Shown piece after piece: positions 34,063-41,265 of a stretch of 64,000 bases of DNA. Made by a program: the position numbers and the translations under genes. The stretch comes from Bacteroidales bacterium UBA3653 (GTDB lineage: Bacteria; Bacteroidota; Bacteroidia; Bacteroidales; Paludibacteraceae), in NCBI GenBank assembly GCA_002373505.1, contig DFKE01000016.1, positions 21,472 through 85,471 of the forward strand, read 5' to 3'. How positions within the stretch are numbered: position 1 is the stretch's first letter; the number at the start of each line of letters is the position of its first letter. Below the pieces are notes generated by a model. The model saw only the letters and a program-made list of their open reading frames with translations. It did not search any database and was not told where the DNA came from.

Positions 34063-37000
34063 TTATTTGCGCACTACTGCGCCGGATGCATTATACAGCA
34101 CGCCGTCCTTGAGGATATATAGTTGGTTATCCTTGATAAACTTCTGTACATGTACTTCGCTTTCCACTTCATCCACCCCGGTTGCAATCGCCGGAATATC
34201 CGCTGCAATAATCTGGAAGCGTTCGGTTATTTCGCTGTTCGGCGCGGCGTTGAAGGTATATTCCACATCCTCGCTGAGAAGCATTTTGAAACCTGCTTCT
34301 TTATCCCACAGCATCCAGTTCTCCTCACTGTTAATATGGCTGAATGTCATCGTATAGGTCATTTCCTCGCCTGTGCGTACGCCTATGTGCGTTCCGTCTA
34401 TACTATTGGTAGCATTGACTGCCAAATAATCTTCATCTTCAACGGCAAAGACATTGAGCATGCCGTTCATCACCTTGTGTGCATCGAAACCGTCTTCATA
34501 TACATAATCGAAATTCTCCGACTCCATCATATACATATGATCACTCCATTCACCGGTTCGCAATGTCACTTGCAATGCGCCAGTCAGTTCCGTCTCCGCA
34601 GCTCTCACGCGCAAAGGAGTATTACTATTTACCGCATATTTTCCTTCCCAAACAAGTTTATTATAATCCAGTTTTATCTTGGCATCTTCGCCCGTAGCAC
34701 GCACACAGAATCCTTGCATAGACGGAATAACAGTAGGCAATGTCTCTTCTCCGAACGCACTCTTCATCAGTTTAGTTGCACCTATAGGAATAGAGATATA
34801 TTGTCCGGGAGCGTTATTGCCGGCTGCTCTACGGGCAGTGACGGCTTCTGCGTCTTCGCGCGAACCGGTATTGAAGAGATAAATTGTCTTCTCCATATTC
34901 TGGAAGTCCGCGTCCTCAAAACGGGTAATGTCTATCGGAGCAGTGAAACTGTTGGCTATCACATTAAATCCGGCTTCTTCGGATGTAGAAGTGTATGCCA
35001 GCGGAATCTGTACCGTTTCGTTTGATACTAACTGTCCGGCTTGCGAGATTAACAATCCGTCCTCGAAGAAGTCTTGGGTAGTGGCATAGCCTTTGAAGGG
35101 TTCCAAGATAAGATTCTTACGGTTGTTTTTCCATTCTCCAGTAGTTTCCTTCCAGTCATATATCCATCCGAAGAACACGGATTTTGCCTTAGTTCCTGCT
35201 ACTACAGGAGATCCCACATATTGCCAAGCAGCAGGGTTCGTCAAACCTAATTGATAATCACAATATCCTATGCTAAACAACTGTACGGTAGCTTCGGGCA
35301 TCGGCTCGCGGGTGTAGGGCGATATGCGGAGGTAGCCCGTCTGGCCTTTGGTAGCTCCAGTAGTACCGGCTTGGAGAATGAAATTGTCTTTGGTCGCATT
35401 TTTCACACCTCCGGCACCTACGGTCAGTCCTCCTGTCGGAGCGATAGTGACGGTAACAGGGTTGCCGGATTTATCATTCTCGATAACCAGACTATAGACG
35501 GATACTTCCTCGTCGATAACCAAGTCATGCTGCACAGAAACGACATGGCGATAATCCGGCTGCGTGTTGCGGTTCCAGTTGCCGCCCATTTGCCAGTCGG
35601 TGGTCTCGCCTGTTGTGCTTTCGCCATTGAAGATATATTCCTTACGGGCGAAGCGTGTGAGTGTTATCTCCTCGAATGCAAGCCATGCGCCGGGCACATA
35701 GGACGGGTTCTTGATTCCATAGCGGAGCGTTCCTGTGGTCTTACCTGGATCCGCCTCTATATAGACATATACATCGTTCAGATAGCGTTTGGCATCGTCA
35801 AAAGCATCTCCTGCGGAAGTCAGGTCCGTAGAGTAGTAATATCCGTCTCGCAACTCATCCGTCGGCTCCAACGGACTTACTTGGTAGGAATGATACAGGG
35901 ACTGGATCGGATATCTCACATCGTTGGCATAGATATAAGCCAACACGCTCTCCATTCCAGCTCCTGCGGTATGGCAAGCCCATGCCACATCGGCAGACGA
36001 GATACGGGAGAAAGCTTTTACTGTCAGGCGGTAGAATCCCGGCTGGAGACCGGAAATTTCGTTGTCATAGATAGCATTGGTTCCTGCTACACCGCTACGG
36101 TACTCTCCGCTTTGCTCTCCCAGTGTCAAAGCAGGGATAGTTATATCTGTCCGCTCAAAATCATTCTCTTCTACGCGGCTGCGCACTTTCTCCAGTGTCG
36201 TCACGTCTGTAGCGAAGTCATGCGAAGCCGCCTCAGCCGCTTCGCGGTTAAGAATTTCAAGGATGTGTGCCGGGTGTTCTGTATAATCTTCCATCTTCCA
36301 CCGGGTGGCAGCTGCTGCATCCGCCGTCAAGGCTAATGCATCGCCGTCCAGCGTGATATATTGTCCTTTGCGGCTGTCTCCCGGATACTCATTTCCGCTC
36401 TGGAAAGTAAGGATTGTACCATCTATCACATTCTGCTTCCAGAGATTATAGTTGTTAGCCGCTGTGCCGTCGTCAGTGTACATCTCATGGTTGTCCGCCT
36501 CGTAGAGATATTGCTGGTTATCGACGAAGAGGAAGCGGGTGTAGAAATTAGTATTATCATTGGTATAATTACTAATACGACATGCCATACCAAAATCATC
36601 CACTATCGCCTGCGTACCCCACTTGGCTCCGCGGCTCAGATAACGGCCGTCCGCCTCTGCACGGAGGTATTTGTATCCAACCAACTCCGAGATATTGATA
36701 TTACGGAAGTACCCCCAATAGTTACCGCTGAACGAGAAACGGATATAACGCGTTGTGGGAGACAATGGAATCTCATTGACAGATGTCCATTCTTTCTGTG
36801 CTTCTTCTGCCGTCCAGACAGATTTCCACGTGCTACCATCCGAAGATTCTTTCACTTCCCACATATGGAAGCCGAATGTATCTCCACCGGTAACAACCCA
36901 AATGCCTCCTGCACTCTTATACTCGAATGACAATCTCCCCGGCTGACCGTCAAAAGCGATGGTGAAATTCTTCTCAGCATGTTCCCAAATAAGGTCATCT

Positions 37001-39429
37001 ACCACGACATTAGTATTTCCGACGCGGACTCCGTTTTCGGAATCTTCCCATGCGCATTTATTTCCTGCCTCAACGGTTCCCTCATTGTAGATAGTTTTGA
37101 CTAACTGCATCGGGACAGAACGATCCGGGCGTTCACGCGGAGTGAAGGTGAATGTGGCAGATCCTGCTGCATAGTCTTCATTTTCTCCCTGACGGACAGT
37201 AATAGTGACAGGCTGCTTCTTGTTATATATATGCAAAGTTCCGTCTATTACTTGGGCCACAGAGGCGTCGTTGGTCTCAAACGTCAACGGGCAGTTAGCA
37301 TAGTCCGTATTGGTAGAAGAAGCCACATTAGCGATGTTGGTTCCTACAAAATAAGGCAAGTGGTTGGGGTTAAAAGAGAACTCCGGCGATGTCTTTCCGT
37401 TTCGGATACCGGTAAGAGGTATATTCAACTCATGTCCGGCGTTATCCACAATATGCAGTACTGCATTATAGGGGGCTTCTCCACGCACCTCGCCTTTATT
37501 GTCAAAGCGCACGGCAATCGTGAATGTACCATACAGATCGCGCCCCGTACCGGGAATAGATGAGCGCTCGATAGAGAAGAACTCCGCATCATCGCCTACA
37601 ATCTCCATAGTAGTCACACGGCCTGCGTTAGCATGGTTAAAAGTGACATTCTCTTCCTGCGTACCATAGTTGGCACCTTTTGTACCAAAGTCCACGCGAA
37701 CCGGGGATGCAGAGAACTGATTCAGTTCGGTGACATGGATATTTTTGAAATAGCCACCAAAATTGCCAGAATAACACAGACGCAAGTAACGAGTGGTTGG
37801 TAATAATTGTATATTTGTAGCACTTCCAGAGCCTGATGTTTGCTTTCCCCACTTTGAATCAATCCAATTGCTTCCATCTGAACTTTCTTTTACCCACCAT
37901 TCAACGCCCGTGGCACCACTTGCTTGTTTCTCATAATCAAAGGACAACTTATCCGGTATTCCTGAGAAGACTATATCGTAGTATTTGTCATCCCAATTAA
38001 GTCCACCGCCTCCATCTCCAAGTTTTATTCCACCATCCCATGAGAAGGAACCTTCAGAGCCATACTTGAATGGAATAGAATAGTTAGAAGAGGTAATTGT
38101 AAACGGTACATGGTTATTGAGTTCAACAGGGGTAACGACATATTTTGCCATTTTGCCTGCCCAGAGGTAGTTTTCCTCTTGGGTTACGGTAATATTTGCC
38201 GTTTCCTCTACATTGTAAATATGCAAAGTGTTATCAACTACTTTTGCCGATGCCTCATTATCGGATACAATCGTATAAGCGTTCGGACCGGTAGTAGAGA
38301 AGATGCTTGGGATTGTGGACTGGTAGTAATAAGTCTTGCCCGCCGAGTTCCATGTAAAGGTCGGAGTGTATTTTTTGATGGTAATTGTATGAGACTCTTC
38401 GTGTTCATTATAGCCGGTTGATGCATTTTGGTGCATTTTTACGACAACCTTTCCTGCCTTACCAAGAGACAACCATCTGTTATCTGTTATAGCAGGAGTG
38501 GTTCCATCTTCATTATTTTCTCCTTCTTCTTCATATGAGAAGAAAGAATAAGTAATTGCACCCGTTTTGTTATTACTAGTCCATAGTGCCTGCAAATCCA
38601 ACACCGCATCATCCACCATATATGAAGAAGCAATCTCATTCGTAAATGTCGGATCTACAACAGCAAAAGACGTACCTGTTACAGTTACATCCTTCGTTGC
38701 TCCATTTCCTGAAATCCTATATGTTGCAGTTGCATTGGTTACAGCAGAAGTCGGAGCGAATTTCACTGTAAACGTTGTTGTGTTGCTACAGTCTGTTATA
38801 CTTTGAGACGTAGGAGAAATAGTAAAGAAATTATTTGCGTCTGATTGTTCTGTCGCAGACAGAGTTACATTATCGGTTGAGTTTTGATAACTAACTACTA
38901 TCGTTTTCGTTGTATTTCCGCCAACAGGGGTATTGTCCATGGTTATATCTGATGCAGAAAGCGAAGCTGCATACTGGTAAGTTACTTTAATGTCTGTAAT
39001 ATTTACTTTCCTGTTTCCTCCAAAATTACGACTTGTCTGATCCAAAGAAAAGGAAGTTATGTTTTTTGTAGTAGAAAACGAGATACTTGGGGTTTGACTG
39101 CCACCATTGTCAACTTTTAGATTACTTTTAATTTTAATCGAAGTACCATCACTCGCATTTGCATATACATCGCAAGTAAGACTCTTACCTAAGAAGGTGG
39201 ATTCCAACTCAATTTTAAAAGAGATTTTGACTGCCAGATTGGGACTTTGAGACGCAATTGTACAAAATGTAACATCAAAGTTCTTGCGTTCATTGGAATA
39301 ATTACTGCAAGAGACATTATATGTGCAATCCGCAGTCCATGCCTTGGTATTGATGCCAAGGAGAGCAACTATAAGCAATAAAACATTAAGAAAATGCTTG
39401 GAATTATGACAAATATTCATCTTTTTCAT
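34063..39429 (-). CDS. very large secreted surface protein (Ig-like + discoidin-like modules, T9SS-like C-terminal tail)
   Basis: 1788-aa ORF with a signal peptide. Contains an internal duplicated supermodule and ESSDGS(N/T)W...TTRY(L/I)R discoidin-like signatures. C-terminus is LKDGVLYNASGAVVRK. Confidence 0.85.
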   Translation of the reverse strand: MKKMNICHNSKHFLNVLLLIVALLGINTKAWTADCTYNVSCSNYSNERKNFDVTFCTIASQSPNLAVKISFKIELESTFLGKSLTCDVYANASDGTSIKIKSNLKVDNGGSQTPSISFSTTKNITSFSLDQTSRNFGGNRKVNITDIKVTYQYAASLSASDITMDNTPVGGNTTKTIVVSYQNSTDNVTLSATEQSDANNFFTISPTSQSITDCSNTTTFTVKFAPTSAVTNATATYRISGNGATKDVTVTGTSFAVVDPTFTNEIASSYMVDDAVLDLQALWTSNNKTGAITYSFFSYEEEGENNEDGTTPAITDNRWLSLGKAGKVVVKMHQNASTGYNEHEESHTITIKKYTPTFTWNSAGKTYYYQSTIPSIFSTTGPNAYTIVSDNEASAKVVDNTLHIYNVEETANITVTQEENYLWAGKMAKYVVTPVELNNHVPFTITSSNYSIPFKYGSEGSFSWDGGIKLGDGGGGLNWDDKYYDIVFSGIPDKLSFDYEKQASGATGVEWWVKESSDGSNWIDSKWGKQTSGSGSATNIQLLPTTRYLRLCYSGNFGGYFKNIHVTELNQFSASPVRVDFGTKGANYGTQEENVTFNHANAGRVTTMEIVGDDAEFFSIERSSIPGTGRDLYGTFTIAVRFDNKGEVRGEAPYNAVLHIVDNAGHELNIPLTGIRNGKTSPEFSFNPNHLPYFVGTNIANVASSTNTDYANCPLTFETNDASVAQVIDGTLHIYNKKQPVTITVRQGENEDYAAGSATFTFTPRERPDRSVPMQLVKTIYNEGTVEAGNKCAWEDSENGVRVGNTNVVVDDLIWEHAEKNFTIAFDGQPGRLSFEYKSAGGIWVVTGGDTFGFHMWEVKESSDGSTWKSVWTAEEAQKEWTSVNEIPLSPTTRYIRFSFSGNYWGYFRNINISELVGYKYLRAEADGRYLSRGAKWGTQAIVDDFGMACRISNYTNDNTNFYTRFLFVDNQQYLYEADNHEMYTDDGTAANNYNLWKQNVIDGTILTFQSGNEYPGDSRKGQYITLDGDALALTADAAAATRWKMEDYTEHPAHILEILNREAAEAASHDFATDVTTLEKVRSRVEENDFERTDITIPALTLGEQSGEYRSGVAGTNAIYDNEISGLQPGFYRLTVKAFSRISSADVAWACHTAGAGMESVLAYIYANDVRYPIQSLYHSYQVSPLEPTDELRDGYYYSTDLTSAGDAFDDAKRYLNDVYVYIEADPGKTTGTLRYGIKNPSYVPGAWLAFEEITLTRFARKEYIFNGESTTGETTDWQMGGNWNRNTQPDYRHVVSVQHDLVIDEEVSVYSLVIENDKSGNPVTVTIAPTGGLTVGAGGVKNATKDNFILQAGTTGATKGQTGYLRISPYTREPMPEATVQLFSIGYCDYQLGLTNPAAWQYVGSPVVAGTKAKSVFFGWIYDWKETTGEWKNNRKNLILEPFKGYATTQDFFEDGLLISQAGQLVSNETVQIPLAYTSTSEEAGFNVIANSFTAPIDITRFEDADFQNMEKTIYLFNTGSREDAEAVTARRAAGNNAPGQYISIPIGATKLMKSAFGEETLPTVIPSMQGFCVRATGEDAKIKLDYNKLVWEGKYAVNSNTPLRVRAAETELTGALQVTLRTGEWSDHMYMMESENFDYVYEDGFDAHKVMNGMLNVFAVEDEDYLAVNATNSIDGTHIGVRTGEEMTYTMTFSHINSEENWMLWDKEAGFKMLLSEDVEYTFNAAPNSEITERFQIIAADIPAIATGVDEVESEVHVQKFIKDNQLYILKDGVLYNASGAVVRK

Positions 39430-39534
39430 ACCTTTTCTAATTTAAAACCCTGTTTTTGCCAAGTAGATTTATCAAATTGCCGATTTTTAATTTTTTATGG
39501 GGCATTTCGTAACAATCTACCGCAAAAAAGTGTG

Positions 39535-39566
39535 CAAAATTAAGATTTTTCTTTGAAACACGCAAA
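39535..39566 (-). promoter_or_regulatory. Bacteroidota-type promoter for the 1788-aa gene (TTTG / TAATTTTG)
   Basis: The reverse complement reads TTTGcgtgtttcaaagaaaaatctTAATTTTG with a 20-nt spacer, about 105 nt upstream of ATG 39429. Confidence 0.6.
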
Positions 39567-39732
39567 TTTATACACACTTTTCTCGCGCGAATAATAAGGA
39601 TATATAGCCGTTTCTTAAAAAGCGACACTTTTGTATGTTGTAAAACATGTATTTTGTTCCGTTTTTCGCAATTGTGCATTTATTATCGAAATATGCGACA
39701 TATTTATGCAACATTATGGTTCCGAAAGACAC

Positions 39733-39760
39733 AAAAAAAAGAAGGCGTTTTAACCTTCTT
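39733..39760 (-). terminator. intrinsic terminator ending the M6/179-aa/S24/PqqD transcription unit
   Basis: The minus strand reads aagaagg-ttaaaacg-ccttctt followed by a T-run. Confidence 0.55.
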
Positions 39761-39770
39761 TAAAGCCGAG

Positions 39771-39895
39771 GAGTCGTAATGACTCTTAATTGACTCTTAT
39801 TTGACTCTTATTTGCCCCTTACTTGCTGTCTTATTCTGTGTCTAATTTTGAGTCTTGTTTTGAGTCTTATTTGAGTCGTAAATGAGTCGTAAATG
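39771..39895. repeat. degenerate 11-nt-period array, about 11 units (GAGTCTTATTT-like)
   Basis: gagtcgtaat gactcttaatt gactcttattt gactcttattt gccccttactt gctgtcttatt ... gagtcttattt gagtcgtaaat gagtcgtaaat. It lies between the PqqD stop and the terminator. Confidence 0.85.
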
Positions 39896-39919
39896 TCCCC
39901 TGAGTAAATAACAGAGAAT

Positions 39920-40204
39920 TTACGCTTCAATGATTCCTGCTTCGCGCCATGAGTCGATAGTAGCAGATATATCGGTCATGGCTTGTTGCGGCGCGACGTC
40001 GAACTCTGCGCAGAGAGCCTTGCAGAGCGCCTGAGCATCAAAACAGCCTTTCTCACGGGTTAGTTCTTCCGCTTTCTCCCAAAGGAAAGCGGCGGTCTCG
40101 TTGAGGGTGATCATCTTGTTGAAATTGATGAGTGCCATCGACTCGCCTACCAAGATATACTCGTTGCCCAGTTTGCGGAGTTTAAATCCTTCTATTGTTT
40201 TCAT
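39920..40204 (-). CDS. PqqD family (RiPP-recognition-element-like) protein
   Basis: 94-aa ORF. KLRKLGNEYILVG...LNETAAFLWEKA...WREAGIIE matches my memory of the Bacteroidales PqqD-family pattern. Confidence 0.65.
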   Translation of the reverse strand: MKTIEGFKLRKLGNEYILVGESMALINFNKMITLNETAAFLWEKAEELTREKGCFDAQALCKALCAEFDVAPQQAMTDISATIDSWREAGIIEA

Positions 40205-40208
40205 AAAG

Positions 40209-40256
40209 CCATTTACAATTTAATCATTTACCATTTACAATTTATTTGTTCATTTA
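40209..40256 (-). repeat. family A array (reverse complement on the plus strand, so sense to the minus-strand genes) between S24 and PqqD genes
   Basis: ccatttacaatttaatcatttaccatttacaatttatttgttcattta. It contains the S24 stop (TAA, 40256..40254). Confidence 0.9.
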
Positions 40257-40718
40257 ACTATACAGCCATTTGAGGATGGTGTGGCGGTAGAGTTTGAGGA
40301 GGAAGGAGCGGTGGGGTTTGAGGCGCAGCCACAGTTTGCCACGCGTGAGGGGTTTGGTGCGACCGGAAGAGGTCTCGATGCGCGTTACGCGTCCGATGAT
40401 GCCAGTACGGGTACATGACTCCGTGCCGGAGAGGTTTCCATCTCCCATGAGGATATATAACGGTTCGCTTGTCTCTACTCCTTCTATGTCAATCAGCCGG
40501 TGCAGAACATATTTCTTCTGTCCATCCGAGGCATTTGCCTCCGCGAGAAGGAGATCTCCTTTCTTAGGCGAGCTATCCAGCGGCGAGAGAACGACAGAGT
40601 CTTTGTCTCCTTCGATAAACGGCCGCATGCTGACGCCGGAAGGCGTGAAACGCACTTCTTTTCCTTCAGCGAGCAGCCGTGCCAGTTCGGGGATCAATAT
40701 ATCGTTTTCTATTCGCAT
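40254..40718 (-). CDS. S24/S26 family peptidase (Ser/His, SipW/Sec11-like motifs, no TM segment)
   Basis: 154-aa ORF with SGVSMRPF (nucleophile box), VLHRLI and MGDGN. No N-terminal hydrophobic anchor. Confidence 0.65.
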   Translation of the reverse strand: MRIENDILIPELARLLAEGKEVRFTPSGVSMRPFIEGDKDSVVLSPLDSSPKKGDLLLAEANASDGQKKYVLHRLIDIEGVETSEPLYILMGDGNLSGTESCTRTGIIGRVTRIETSSGRTKPLTRGKLWLRLKPHRSFLLKLYRHTILKWLYS

Positions 40719-40725
40719 TTATTTG

Positions 40726-41265
40726 TTATTCGGGTTTGTAGATAAAGCATCCGGGACAGCCGGAGAGGTCAACATAAATATAATCTATCTGCTTGATATA
40801 CACTTTGTCCGAACTATAAGCTATACGAACATAGTAATCCCCTGCGCGCGGCATTTTAACGGTAGTCAAACTGCTGGAAACTTGTCTTGTTGCTATATCG
40901 TGCCATTCGCTTCCGTCTGTGGAAATAGAAACCGTCATAGCTCTTTTCGCATAAGGAGAGTACACGATGCGTAAACTATCCAAGTTTTGAATTTTAGACG
41001 TTTCCACTTTCTCCCCAGAGTTCTCCAGAAAGATAGCCGTTTTATATTCTGTTGTCTCACTTGCAGAAAACTCTGCTCCACCGGAACAAGTATAAGTAAC
41101 CAAGTCGGTTATACCTGTTTGGTTGGTGTTTTCTACCTTCAGTTTCTTCGGTGATGCATTGAACATGGCATCAAAGTCATGCGGAAGAGTTCTCGTCTCA
41201 GCTCCGGAGATGATGGGGCTGAGAGAGAACAAGCAGATGAGGACATAACGAATGTGGGTTTTCAT
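40726..41265 (-). CDS. hypothetical secreted protein (single discoidin-like module)
   Basis: 179-aa ORF with a signal peptide and STDGSEWHDI...GDYYVRIAY. Its ATG abuts the stop codon of the upstream M6 protease gene. Confidence 0.6.
   Translation of the reverse strand: MKTHIRYVLICLFSLSPIISGAETRTLPHDFDAMFNASPKKLKVENTNQTGITDLVTYTCSGGAEFSASETTEYKTAIFLENSGEKVETSKIQNLDSLRIVYSPYAKRAMTVSISTDGSEWHDIATRQVSSSLTTVKMPRAGDYYVRIAYSSDKVYIKQIDYIYVDLSGCPGCFIYKPE

Noticed and set aside
39437-39679. An 80-aa ORF upstream of the giant gene, considered as a possible RiPP precursor for the PqqD/S24 pair.
   Set aside because: It overlaps the promoter and 5' UTR of the 1788-aa gene, lies downstream of the operon terminator, and is AT-rich with no leader/core-like organisation.
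39771-39895. Possible CRISPR array.
   Set aside because: The units are only about 11 nt with no unique spacers between them, and no cas genes are present in the window. It is a degenerate tandem repeat, not CRISPR.
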